From Schmidtea polychroa (Eukaryota), in assembly GCA_044892525.1 (NCBI GenBank), contig CM097888.1, forward strand, positions 1,674,001-1,738,000: a stretch of 64,000 nt of DNA, read 5' to 3'. This document shows, one piece after another, positions 1 to 13,459 of the stretch. The first letter of the stretch is position 1; each line of letters begins with the position of its first letter. Made by a program: the position numbers and the translations under genes. The notes beneath the pieces are model-generated. The model was not told the origin of the DNA and did not search any database. It saw nothing but the letters and a program-made list of their open reading frames with translations.

Positions 1-240
1 ATTCGATTATTACTCAATTACTAGAGAAATTCTGGTCTTGGGTGCCCTACTTTGGAAGTTTAGGTGTAGAAATATTATTAAAAATTTATTATTATCATTA
101 TTATTATTATAAGAACTTTTTTGTCAAATTTCACCACTGATTTCTTTTCCATTGACATTGTGTTTATAAAAAATTCACTTGAAATTGGCAGTGCCGAAAA
201 TTCGTGAATATCTAAAACATCGATATATTTACTGATTCTT

Positions 241-407
241 NNNNNNNNNNNNNNNNNNNNNNNNNNNNNNNNNNNNNNNNNNNNNNNNNNNNNNNNNNNN
301 NNNNNNNNNNNNNNNNNNNNNNNNNNNNNNNNNNNNNNNNNNNNNNNNNNNNNNNNNNNNNNNNNNNNNNNNNNNNNNNNNNNNNNNNNNNNNNNNNNNN
401 NNNNNNN
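241..407. other. Assembly gap (N run)
   Basis: Run of n characters; ORFs crossing it are artefacts. Confidence 0.99.
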
Positions 408-3400
408 TAAATAAAAATGAAGCTGGCGCTATGGAAAAATAAAAGTTCCGGCCCCATCCTTAATATGTATGAATGATGAAGGATGATGATGATGATGAAA
501 AAATAATATTGTTCCCAACTGCCTGGCGGTTCCCGGGGCCGGCTTATGTAATATTTGGAGAACAATTATCAGACAAAACTTAATAATGTAGCAAATAATT
601 TCATAGATATCAATAGAGTTCGTTTTAATTTTTTTTTTTAAAAAAAACAAATATTTATTTCTACGGATGGATTGAACAATATTTTTAGTGAAAATATTGA
701 GTTAATTGATAATGGAAGCCCTCAATTGTTCATGAAATTTCCCAGCAACTGCCTGCATAGTTTTCTGATATTTTTCTTAGAAAAACTTTGAAAAAATTCC
801 TTTGAACGGATAAAAAGATCTTGACTTAAGAAAATATTGTGAAATGACATTATAACAAGCGTTGTTTTACTAAGGCGGAGTGTTGGAAGAAAACTATGAA
901 AAATTGTCTTAAGTTTTTCTGCTCCGTCAAACGTCAACCAATTATCCCAGCTCAATGAAAAGAAAATTGGATTTTTGGCAAATGAAACTTGTTGAAGTTT
1001 TCCCTTGAGAGAGTCGTATGTAAAAATGATAGAGAAAAACAAAAGATTTCCATTTTTATCAGTGCATCGAATATTTGGGTGTCAGTGGTGACATGTCATG
1101 ATTTGCTGGGAGGGGGGGGGGGCATGCCCGAGGCAATGTCGTGAGCGTCTGGGGTTTCTGTTATTTGTTAAGAAAATATTTGCATCAAGAACTAATTTAT
1201 TGTCACTATTTCGTTAGCAGATTATTTACATTAATAAAGAAAAATAAATGCAGATTTAGCACATGTCGAAAATATGTTTATTTGAGTATTAATATTCCTG
1301 ATGAGTTGTCGTAAGTATAAATTTTGCTGTCGATTTAATTATTGCCCGAAATTTGCAAAAAAAATTTCAACATTTTCTATAAATTTTTTATAATGCTTTC
1401 AAAGATTTTGGATAAATTTAAAAAAAATTATTATTGTTTTAACGCATCAATACTTTTCGTTGACCTTTGAATATATATCATGAATTGCACTACATTTTTA
1501 TTATTGTATAAATTCTGTAACTGTTTAATATTGAAATTAATAAATGCTATGCTTTGAAAGTAGTGGCAAAATTGTTTGAATATTGATTTGTAGTTGGCAG
1601 CTTTTTTAATAGATTTAATAAATAGTTAAATAGTTTTTATTATTATTATTTTATGTAATGTTATATTAATCCTTGAAATAATACAATAGAAGATTCCATG
1701 AAGAACTGTTTCAGATTTTATAAACACAGTTCTGAAAATGCAAGGGTTCAAGGTGTGGCCAGGTAGATCTTGCTGACTTCTAAAGTTTAACTGCCTGGGA
1801 AATTCAGATTTTTTATGTCCTTTCGTGAAAATCAGATTAAGACTCAACGTGGTAAAATAAAATCTTAAAGTGGAAGCCATTGAAAGACTTACTGTAAAAG
1901 GGGGCTATTGGCTGAAAATGATTGAGAAAATAACAAAAATATATTTGGACATTTTCTTGACACAAAAAGCAAAATAAGTGATAATTTTAGAAGAAATAAT
2001 TAAACAATAAAAGGAGATGAGACAATATTTAGGAAATCTCAAATTGGAATTGATGAGAAAATTTCATTATTACAATAAATTATCCCGTTTTTTAAAATTT
2101 ACATTTAAATAAAAAATCTTTAATACAAAATGCCATAAAAATAAAATCTAAACAAATTTTCATTGTAACAAATATTTCTTGAATTTTGCCCGTCCTAAAA
2201 TAAATTCTTTGTCCTCCTTCCCTTGCAAAAGGTGCCCAGTATAAGAGGTCAAAGTGCTCTTGAAAGCTTTTAAGTAATTTGATACATTGGTCAAGTACTT
2301 GTATTAAACCTTTGGAATTTCACTCGTATAAATATGCTAGGAAAATATGCTAAGATATCGCCGCTTTCCCTTATTTACATTTTTACCAATGAATAACAAC
2401 ATTAATTTCCTTAATTTTCCTTTTAGATTGTAAATCAATATTTTTTATTAATTTAACACAAATTTTCAGCACGGCTTTTATCAGGGATTTCTAAATGACA
2501 AATCAATAAATTTCCATTGCCACTAAAAATTAATTGATTATTTGTTTTTAAAATAATCAATTTATATTTAATATTATTTTTATGATTCCAATATTTTTTC
2601 ATTGCTCACCTGAAATGACAGAAATAATTTAATTATTATAATTATTATATTCAAAGACCAATAATTAATCCGGCAGGCGTTCAATGTCATATTTTGAACA
2701 AACGAAATCTAGATGCTGTAGTAAATGCTAAGTATAAAATCATCAAAATTCATGCTGTGCCATATTAATCACATTTTATATTATGCTGATATTGCATGAC
2801 AAGTTAGAAAATATTTCACTTTATCTAAACTTTATGTGACAATTAATTTGTTTTATTTGTAAAAGGATTTTCACCTATAAATAAAATGGCGATTGAATCG
2901 TAATATTTAAAATGACGCGCTGGTTATATGATAATTAAAACAATATTAATACCATTTTATTGTCGCTTTAGGATTAATTTTTACTTATATTTCTTTTGCT
3001 ACTAATGATATATGACAAATGGGTCAGGGTTTCCTATACTTCATACCTCCCTAAGTGAATTGTAATGTGATCTTCAATGTCTAATTTGAATTAATCTAAA
3101 ATGTCTGTCGACCATTCAAAGTCACCTTAGAAGTTAGAAATTCCTGCGAGATCCTGCGGAGATGATACTCAAAGTCGCTATGGTATTTCTTTGTTTTAAG
3201 GAAAAGATTTTTAATCTTTGCTAAGCTTTTGGTGAAAGATAAAGAAAGAGTAATAGTGGATAGAATAATATGCAAAAATCAGTTTATCTGCTTTAAAAAA
3301 TATTTTTCAAAACATAAATTTCCTATGGTAAAAGAATGAAAGGTAAACAATTCATTTCCATTGGCAGTTATTACAAATGCAAAGGCTTATCAAATAATTT

Positions 3401-4424
3401 ATTATAATCAACATTGATAATTGTTTAACCTTTCATTAATTTTCATTACAACTAGAGATCAAATAGTTTCCTACGTAACACAAATTGGATTTATAGTAGT
3501 AATGAAAATAAATTAAATATTAAAACAAAACAAAAACAAAATTTTACTAATATTAATATTTGCAAAAATAATTTTGTCCAAATGCCACTGAGGCTGAGCT
3601 AAAAATTATCTAAACTTATTTTAAAAATAAGGACTAAAATTGTGAATGATAACTTGTCAAGGGTTCTAAAACCTATGTTTCCCTCTGTATGCATTGATAC
3701 TTATTCATTTTGGTAACTTGTTTCCGTGAGTGTATTTCATAATCATTTATTCACGCATCCCTAAGCCAAGTCTTGCAAACTCCAGTTTAGAAGCCAATGT
3801 TCTCAACTGTCTCTACAACGAGACTGTCATAAACAAACATCAGACCATCCTCCATAGGCTAATAAATTGTTTATCCACCCAAGTAAACTGACTAGGATAT
3901 ATATCTAATCTAATCTTTTCATAAAGTAGTAAGCAAATAATGTCCCTAAGAAAGAAAAAAAACGAAAAATCTCAATGAAAAGCATTTGAAATGCTGTACA
4001 ACAAAAATGGCAATATTATTTCTAATGTTGACAGTCGGGCATTGTGTCAACATATTAGTGAGACAATTCCCCTAGTTATGTCAACTTAAGTGTCGCTTCA
4101 CATTCCCGGTTGTACAAATACGAGGAATTTCGTACGCGTTGCGTAAATACCGCTAAATGGCCTCGGGCACTGTTTTCTGTAATCGTCAAACAAACGAAAC
4201 AATTCCCAACTATCCCAGATTGGGCGAGCTACATGGAGAAAAGTAAACAGTCCTTAATTATTTCTTCCCAAAGTTAATTGTAAGCATTTGAATAAACTAT
4301 ATGATAACTTTATTAGCTTTGATTAATTTTTTTGTTTTAATGAATATATTTTCATTCCTATTAACAGTACAGTAGTAGAAATAGGATAAAGATAGATTAT
4401 GAAAGTGACAGGCATAGTTACGTC

Positions 4425-4845
4425 CAGTGCTCGAAGTGAGGCGGGATAGCCGGGATATTATCCCGGCATTGATTATGTAGGCGGAATTGCATCCCGGCAC
4501 TTCATTTCATATAATCTATAGGTTTATCCCGGTACTTATTTCATTTTATAGGCACACAAATACTGCAATTAAGGTCACACATAGTACATCCATATATGTA
4601 TGTATATATATATTCTTTATTCTCTATTCTCTATTCAATTAAGAATTTCCCAAGCAGCAGCAATGGATAGGTAGGTATATTCTGAAACTTATGATTAAAT
4701 AGTTGGACACCCCCCCCCAAAATTTGTTGGACACCCCCCAAAGTTTTGCAACACCCTCAACTGAAAATTTCTGCATAAAAGCATGGAATCCCGGGTGCCA
4801 CAGCATGCCTATCCCGGCACATATTTTGTTCCACTTCGAGCACTG
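4425..4845. mobile_element. hAT-type MITE (421 bp)
   Basis: Perfect 14-bp TIRs CAGTGCTCGAAGTG (4425-4438) and CACTTCGAGCACTG (4832-4845); identical 8-bp TSD GTTACGTC (4417-4424, 4846-4853); repeated subterminal ATCCCGGCA-like motifs. 8-bp TSD plus CAG ends is typical of hAT. Confidence 0.9.
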
Positions 4846-5748
4846 GTTACGTCGTTAGTGCTTATAAAGACTGTACTTACCCACATATTAGTATAACATC
4901 TCCACGTCTACCCATGTTATGTTTTCATTAGGACTGCTGAATGAAAAAATGATCTTACAACAAATTTAGGTACGGAGGAACTTCAAAGTACTTCTTCATT
5001 TAGTGCAATTTGTTTTAGAAATCTTTCATTAACATTATGATAATTTTTAGTGTATAAGGAAAGAGGACAAACTAATATAATGTACAACCCTACATTTATA
5101 TACTCATTTGCTTACCTTAGTCCAAATGACAGACTCAAATATAATCTAGAATGGTGACAGTGTAAATATTCCAGTGACCAATCAATCAATAAGATCCTAA
5201 GGATTATCACGAATTTGTGGCACAGCTTTTATCAAGTGATAAATTGATTTATTGATCAATTTTCATCTAACAACAAAAATTATTATTGAAAGTTTTAATT
5301 TCATATTAGTTTATTTTACATAAAATATGAACGCAAGGGATGAAAATAATGGATGGAAATACTTAGTGATTGAAATTAGAAAAGGTTTATAATAGCAAAA
5401 TAGGCAGAAGAAGATCAAAAGTAAAATAAATGTTGACATAATTTGCAAAAATATTATTGCTGTTCATATCCAACAAAACTGCCCATGATACTCGATTGAT
5501 CTTGCTCGCCTACTTCTTTCGTGAATACCATTCAGCAGTGATTGAGTGAACATTTCCACTCTTCAAACACTTATTGTTCTCTGATCTTGCCTCAGGGTTT
5601 CACAAACTGCTTCATCATTTCGTGGGAATCCCCATCTGAATGCTGTTGATAGCTGATTATACCATTCTCCCATCTAATAGTAGGAATTCTAATAGCAGTT
5701 TTTATCCAACCTTGAAGCCACATGATTATTTTACATTAGTTTTCATTT

Positions 5749-6109
5749 NNNNNNNNNNNNNNNNNNNNNNNNNNNNNNNNNNNNNNNNNNNNNNNNNNNN
5801 NNNNNNNNNNNNNNNNNNNNNNNNNNNNNNNNNNNNNNNNNNNNNNNNNNNNNNNNNNNNNNNNNNNNNNNNNNNNNNNNNNNNNNNNNNNNNNNNNNNN
5901 NNNNNNNNNNNNNNNNNNNNNNNNNNNNNNNNNNNNNNNNNNNNNNNNNNNNNNNNNNNNNNNNNNNNNNNNNNNNNNNNNNNNNNNNNNNNNNNNNNNN
6001 NNNNNNNNNNNNNNNNNNNNNNNNNNNNNNNNNNNNNNNNNNNNNNNNNNNNNNNNNNNNNNNNNNNNNNNNNNNNNNNNNNNNNNNNNNNNNNNNNNNN
6101 NNNNNNNNN
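5749..6109. other. Assembly gap (N run)
   Basis: Run of n characters. Confidence 0.99.
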
Positions 6110-6368
6110 GAGGGGGATTGCCTCTGACTGGCAGTTTGTTGCATGCTTCTTTTGGTTCGCGTCTGTGTGCGCGGTCTGGTTTTGTTCGAATATTGTGGGT
6201 GTGCGCACACAGACGCGAGAAGTAGGTAATTTATTGGTTTTTTTGTAATTTTTATATGATGGAATTGTTGTAGAATTATATTTGGGTAGAAATTATTAAT
6301 TTTGGTGTTTTTGTTTAAATTGATTAATGTTGGAAGTCTGGAAGGGTGGAATTTAAAAAATCGAAAAT

Positions 6369-6790
6369 ATGAAAGCGAAGATTGTGGCAAATGAAAAAGG
6401 ATTATTCCAAGTCGAATATGCATTTAAGGCAATGGCATTAGATGGATTGATTTCCGTTGGTATTCGAGGCAATAATTGTGGTGTAGTAGTTACACAAAGA
6501 AAAGTTCCAGATAAAATGATTGAGAAGAGTTCAGCTACAAGATTGTTTAATATTACTGAAAGTACTGGAGGTGTTATGATTGGTATGATCCATGATTGTC
6601 GATCTCAAGTATGTCGTGCACAAGTGGAAGCAGCTCGATTTAAATCTAAAATTGGATATGCAAGGCCTTGTGACATAATATGTTGTTCTATTGCGGATAT
6701 TAATCATTCAATTTCGTTCAATTTCGTTCAATGATGGCATTATCTTATGATATTGAAATGGACAAACTGTTATTATTCAAAACTGATCCA
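6369..6790 (+). pseudogene. PSMA6: Proteasome subunit alpha type-6 (alpha1)-like truncated copy, probably a pseudogene
   Basis: LFQVEYAFKAM...VVTQRKVPDK...LFNITE...DCRSQVCRAQVEAARFKSKIGY...IAD matches PSMA6 (LYQVEYAFKAI...TQKKVPDK...[22 protein letters not shown]...IAD). Stop at 6734, residual LFKTDP just after it, C-terminal half missing. Confidence 0.8.
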
Positions 6791-6862
6791 CGTCGCCCTG
6801 TAGATGCCAATAAAATTGTTAATTTCTTAGTTGGATTTATTCAATAATAATAATAATAATAA

Positions 6863-7893
6863 TGTTGGGTTTTGGATTATTTCAAGTCGGTTCTCTCTGA
6901 CTCCTAGTGTTCTTTAAATCAAAACAATGAACGACCCAACGTATATTGAAACAACAGGTTCACAATTTATTATCACGCTACAATTACTGATCAAAGTTTT
7001 ATACGATTCTCCGCTCGGCGCTGATGCTCTGCAAACAAATAATATTCACCTTTTAATCCTTTAGATTCTCTTGACTCTCGTTTTCCTCGGTTTCTGTTTG
7101 GTTTGATTCCTTTTCACCATTCCGTACTCTTAATTCTATTTCTTCTTTTCCTTACTCTCCCTAATTCGTTTACCAACTTTTCCTACAGTCTGATTCTTCG
7201 AATCCTAGCTGAGGCAAAATGCCGATTTTCTCTGATTTTCCCTTTGCTTATATACTCCTCGAAATCAGGATGACAAATGGTTATTGCCGAGCCAATCTTT
7301 CGTTTGACATTTGCTCCTACGTGTTTGCTTCGGCTGTCACCCATAATGGTCCAACGAATCCAGATAATTAATGGCCCTATCTGTCTTCCTACGCGCGCTA
7401 TCTTCTCCTTCCTCTTTTCCCATTAATCATTGTGTCAAGCTAATGGGCCCAAATCTTCCTTCTATTTGCTTTTCTTCTTGTTTACCCAGCTCGGGTTTCC
7501 TTTATCTCTCGGGTTCTCCATTGGCTCGGGTTTTCCATTAGCTCGGGTTTTCCTTTAACCAATTAATTAATTAATTAACGTTTTCTGTTTTCATACATTT
7601 GAATGTTTTTGACCCTTCCTAATCATTTTCTGATAAATCCCTAATCATCATCTTGTTGACCATTAGCTTATCTATACCTGTCCCGTTTTTCCCATTCGAT
7701 TTCGATGATTTTTCCATTTATTGATTTTTCTCGGATTTCCGGATTCTTGCCTTTCGTAATTGCTTTTGTCATTTTCTAATACTGCTTCCATCACACTTTC
7801 CTTTACTATCAATTCTGTGCATGATCCCGCTTTTATTTGCCTTTTCTCTTCACTTATTAACCTAAATTTCATTTTAATTTACAGACCTCAACA
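6863..7893 (-). mobile_element. Probable solo LTR (1,031 bp) inserted in a (TAA)n tract
   Basis: Bounded by TGTTG...CAACA; ATAA on both sides (possible 4-bp TSD, but within a microsatellite); minus-strand TATATAAGC near 7250 and AATAAA near 6970. Confidence 0.55.
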
Positions 7894-8888
7894 ATAATAA
7901 TAATAATAATCGGTTAATAGTTCAAATGTGCTGCCATTTAAATTTTACTTGATGACCCAGTAATTCAAGGTTGAATGACGAAAAGTTTTGTTCAGTCTTT
8001 TTAAGTTTTCTAGAAAATGCAGATAGGTGCATGCTTACCTTTATTTTATGATTGAGACTCGAAACAATTAGTATGTATGATGCATTGGTACATATGATGA
8101 ATGTTCGTTTTGAATCTTGGGGAAATCAGTTTAGTAATTTCTTTTAATTTTTATTGTCATTTCTAAGATATCTGTCGGTTTCTTATGTAAAAGGACACCC
8201 GGTATTAGAGCCATAGCCTCGGATAAAATCGGTATTAGCCCATAGCTCAATGAATCTATTTAGTGAATTGACATCGCTTAGTCATGGATATGAAGTGACT
8301 TTTCTTTGACTTTGACAATATAATAATATTATCAATATATGCCCTATAAAATCTTCTATATGAACGTAGAATTGTCCATGAATCGTTGAAAGGTCTGTAA
8401 CGTATTTAGTACTTACTATGCGCACCATGTACATATATATATATATATATATATTAATAAATATTAAAAATTAATAAATATAAAAATATAATAAAATTAA
8501 TAATAACTAATAATAATAAATAGTAGCAATAAAAATAATATTAATAAATAATAAAAATTAAATGTTTAAAGAAATATGAACAAATTTTATTAATATTTTC
8601 TATTTAACCTTTTAAAGAGGACAGTGGATCAAAAATAATCCGAAGATTGAACAAATAAATTTGCACCGTCTTTTTGAATTAAAATTTCACATTATTTTTC
8701 ATGTCACTGATTTTGTAAATGTACGAAAAATGAAATAAAATAGCACCCTCAATTAAAATCCAGTTTTATTAAAATGATCAACTATTTAAGTTTTAAAAAT
8801 ATTGAAAATTTAGATAAAAATAATTTTTATCAAAACTATTGTGAAAAATGAAAGCCCAAGTAACAAATAAAAATTGGTTAGTTTAAAG

Positions 8889-9227
8889 CAGGGGTTTTCA
8901 ATGTGTGCTCCACGGAGTTCAAGGGATCGTTAAAATTTTACAATTTCTGAAATTTTTGATGTAACAACTCAAAATAATTTCTAGAATTTATGTACATATT
9001 TTTTCTGTATCTCGAAAGAAAATATTTAAATTTAACAAAATTTGTTTTCAACATTTAATAGAAAATAGCAAGCTGTTTCTAGGACAAATTCAGTGTATCT
9101 TGGTATATAAAATAAATGTATGTAGTGTGAATAACTGTGATTTTAAACTCATTTTTAATATTGAGGCTCCGCATTTGCGAAGAATATAAAATAGTTCTCC
9201 ACTGCTTAAATATATTGAAAACATCTG
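8889..9227. mobile_element. hAT/Charlie-like MITE
   Basis: Imperfect 13-bp TIRs CAGGGGTTTTCAA / TTGAAAACATCTG (11/13); flanks GTTTAAAG and TTTTAGAG (6/8) look like a decayed 8-bp TSD. Confidence 0.6.
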
Positions 9228-9949
9228 TTTTAGAGAATCACAGTAATCTTTTATAATTTTAATTATAATTATATTTAATTTGATAATTAAAAATATTTAA
9301 AACATCAAAAATCGACTTACTCACAATTTACAACACAAACTATTTAAAGAACATTAAAAACACGAGTGTTATATATTTTTTACATATATTTTCGGATTCA
9401 ATGATCTTATCAAAAAAGCTTCGTAAATTACTCTTTCACAATAATTATTTTAATATTTCAAAAAAATTTCAAAATCAGACATGCTTATTTATGTCACATA
9501 GTTCTTGTTACACCAAAGACCAATGAGATACATTATATATAGTGTTGGTTAGTGTGTGACATTTAATTGACTCACCAATTTAATCAATTTCATTTTTCTG
9601 AAAATTTATTTTAGCCATTTTCGAAATGGTTTTCAGGTAATATGTTTAATTTTAAGAAAATTTTAAAACTTGATAATTATTCAAGATCTTAAATATTACT
9701 TTTAGTCAACTTTTGTATTATAAATTATTTTTAATTAATTATGAGGTTTTTTAGGAATTTATTTTTTATAATTATTTTGATATAATGTAAGTCAGATATA
9801 TTTTAAATAATAATTAAAAAATAAAATCAATCACCAAAAATATGTATTTCAAAAATATTTCTAAAACAAATATTAGAAATTCTAATGAATATTTAACTTA
9901 ATTTTAACTAAAAAATAATTCTTACGATGATATTTTGGCATTTATAGAA

Positions 9950-10590
9950 AATAATTAAAAAATATAAATAAATAATTAAATAAATCAATAAAAAGAAAAG
10001 TCAATATCTAGAATCTAATAAATATAATAAATAATTAAAAAATATAAATAATTAAATAAATCAATAAAAAGAAAAGTCAATATCTAGAATCCAATAAATA
10101 TAATAAATAATTAAGAAATATAAATAAATAATTACTAATTGAAATAAATAAATTAATAAATAAATCAATAAAAAGAAAAGTCAATATCTAGAATCTAATA
10201 AATATAATAAATAATTAAGAAATATAAATAAATAATTACTAATTGAAATAAATAATTAATAAATATAATAAATAAATTAATAAATAAATCAATAAAAAGA
10301 AAAGTCAATATCTAGAATCCAATAAATATAATAAATAATTAAGAAATATAAATAAATAATTACTAATTGAAATAAATAAATTAATAAATAAATCAATAAA
10401 AAGAAAAGTCAATATCTAGAATCTAATAAATATAATAAATAATTAATAAATATAATAAATAAATTAATAAATAAATCAATAAAAAGAAAAGTCAATATCT
10501 AGAATCTAATAAATCTAATAAATAATTAAGAAATATAAATAAATAAATAATAAATAAATCAATAAAAAGAAAAGTCAATATCTAAAATCT
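9950..10590. repeat. AT-rich minisatellite
   Basis: Seven copies of core TAAATCAATAAAAAGAAAAGTCAATATCTA(G/A)AATC with variable (AATA)-rich spacers. Confidence 0.9.
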
Positions 10591-10920
10591 ATTGAAAACA
10601 CATAAAATGGGCGTGCTCAATAATAAAAACAACGAGATAAATGCTGGGATCGGGCGCGCCTCCAAATGCAAATACTGAAACACATCTAATGCTAAAGCGA
10701 TAAAATAATCACCTCAACCGTACAAAATCGAGTAAATAATTAAAATAGAATCTATTTCCCCCCTCAACTGGACATTTTCATTGATTGTTTCTGGAGTTTT
10801 CTCAATTTCTTTTGCTGATTTTGAGATTTGGGTTTCCTGGGGAGAATATATGGATTCATGTTTGTCTTTTTGATTTCTAATATTTCATCCAATGGCAATT
10901 GTTCTGGAGGCGGGTTAAGG

Positions 10921-10951
<31 letters not shown>

Positions 10952-11219
10952 ATGATTTGCTGATCTGCAGGGAGCAACCGAGCGGATTACATGACAATCA
11001 ATCACCAATTACCCAATGGCAGGTAGTTACTAGCCCACCTCGATACGGCACCCCCCCCTCCCCAGCTGGCTCTCAGGGGGCCTCGGTGGATACTGAGCAT
11101 TCCAATACCAATCGGAGGGGGGGGGCTCGCTATGCATTGCAAATTGAGGCAGCTCGACATGGCCAATGTGACTGTCGCATTTGCATTGGCAATATCCTGC
11201 TGCCTCAGTTTGCAATGCC

Positions 11220-11672
11220 ATCTAGCCCCCCCCGATTGATATTGGAGTGCTCAGGGTCCATCTAGCCCCCCCCCCGATTGATATTGGAGTGCTCAGGGTC
11301 CATCTAGGCCCCCCCGGTTGATATTGGAGTGCTCAGGGTCCATCTAGCCCCCCCCCCGATTGATATTGGAGTGCTCAGGGTCCATCTAGGCCCCCGGTTG
11401 ATATTGGAGTGCTCAGGGTCCATCTAGCCCCCCCCCCGATTGATATTGGAGTGCTCAGGGTCCATCTAGGCCCCCCCGGTTGATATTGGAGTGCTCAGGG
11501 TCCATCTAGCCCCCCCGGTTGATATTGGAGTGCTCAGGGTCCATCTAGGCCCCCCCGGTTGATATTGGAGTGCTCAGGGTCCATCTAGCCCCCCCCCGAT
11601 TGATATTGGAGTGCTCAGGGTCCATCTAGCCCCCCCCCCGATTGATATTGGAGTGCTCAGGGTCCATCTAGG
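11220..11672. repeat. ~40-bp GC-rich minisatellite, 11 copies
   Basis: Unit TTGATATTGGAGTGCTCAGGGTCCATCTAG + variable poly-C tract; no unique spacers. Confidence 0.95.
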
Positions 11673-13459
11673 CCGCCTAACTATAATCGGAAATCCTGGC
11701 ATTTCTATTGGACCATTTCCTATTGAAAACCCCCTATAAATAAGCGTGGCCCTGTGCAGCAGTTACGCAACCAAACAGCCAAAAAGGTACCGGATGGCCG
11801 CGCTGCGGTGCGCTACTAGCTACCTGCTCCCAATCAATCAATCAATCAATCAATCGATCAGTAAAATACCTCCGATTTGGCCTCGCAGTGCACGGCCTGA
11901 TCCGCCAGATCCGGGTGGTAAACATTCAATTTCATCCTCAAAATGCCAAAGAACTTCTACTGATAATTGTGACTGAATTGTTCCAGTAAAAACTTTACCT
12001 CGTCATTTGCTGCGGTTGCGAGAGGAGAAATTGGCGATGAAAGGTTTGCGTTGGCGTGGTAATGCTTGCAGGTCTAAATGGGCAAATGGGTAAATGCTAG
12101 GGAGGCGAGATAAGGCGAGATAAGGGGAATACTTGAGCGTGGGGATAATCGTCATCTGGAACCAGGCAGTCGATTCCAAGCGTGCAAGTATTGAATCCCT
12201 CCAGAATCATCTCGAATGGCGGCTTCTATATGGATATGGATAAATTGCGGTAATTATTGCTAATATATCCAATGGATCGCAAGCGGCGCAACGAGTCAAT
12301 TATATTCCCACCGTGACATTCCCACCGTGACATTCCCACTATTCCTACTGCTTATGTGGCCCAATCATTTCTTGTTGCACTTTCACATTGCTAGAATCGA
12401 TTAAATAGATTTGCAGGAAGTTTATATCAAATCGGCACAATCCTTCACCTTTTGTAGCAGCAGTAATTACCTGATATATTCTATCTAGGTGCATTCCAGT
12501 GGTGTAAGGGCGCATGTGCCTGATTTCCCCCCCCCCATTATCACAATTCACACACGATAATATCTCTATTTCATGACTCAACAGTAATGATTGGATTCAT
12601 ATTTATCGAGTGCCCTCAATATGAGATCAATAATCGGGTTACTTAATTGATAATTGCACAATTGGTACATGCCCATGTGCACTGAATATTTCCTCATTCA
12701 CAACAATCATTAGTAAATCAATCTAGCTTAGAAAGCAATATATTGATTAATAGTCAAAAAATAATGCGAATCATTATTAAAAATATCAATAAATATTAAA
12801 TATATCAAATATATCAATAAATCTTAATAAATATAAAAAATATATAAAAAATCAATATTAAATATATCAATAAATAATAAATATAAATAAATATATCAAA
12901 TAATTAATATAAATCCATATTAAATATCAATATGTGGATAATAAATATATCAATAGATAATAAATATAAATAAATCAATATTATATATCAATATGTGAAT
13001 AATAAATAAATCAATCAATAAATAATAAATATAAATAAATATATCAATAAATAATTAATATAAATCCATATTAAATATCAATATGTGGATAATAAATATA
13101 TAAATAAAAAAAACCAATATTAAATATATCGATATAATAAATAAATCGATACATTAAATATATCAATAAATCATAATAAATATAAATCAATCAATAAATA
13201 TTAATTGCGAAAATTCTAAATTGCTATATAAATCAATAATCTAGTTGATGAAAAAACAATTTTAAGCAACATTTGTTGGTGATTTTATAATTTGGTCTCT
13301 CTTTGACTGTATAAATCACCCGTCGGTGAATTTATCAATATGTAATAGCGTAATTGAATGTGATTGATCAATATTTCCCCGATTTATCGATCTGTGTAAT
13401 CAATAAGCCTTGCCCACCTGCCGCTGTTTCATGACAAATCACACAATCGGAACCAAAAA

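Noticed and set aside
722-4300. Scattered transposase-like fragments
   Set aside because: No convincing catalytic motifs or paired ends.
212-6423. ORFs containing X runs
   Set aside because: Artefacts of the N gaps.
11220-11672. CRISPR-like array
   Set aside because: Units are contiguous with no unique spacers, there are no cas genes and the context is eukaryotic; it is a minisatellite.
11746-12581. Possible host gene exons with micro-introns on the minus strand
   Set aside because: Splice-like signals are present, but I could not build a consistent frame or recognise a product.
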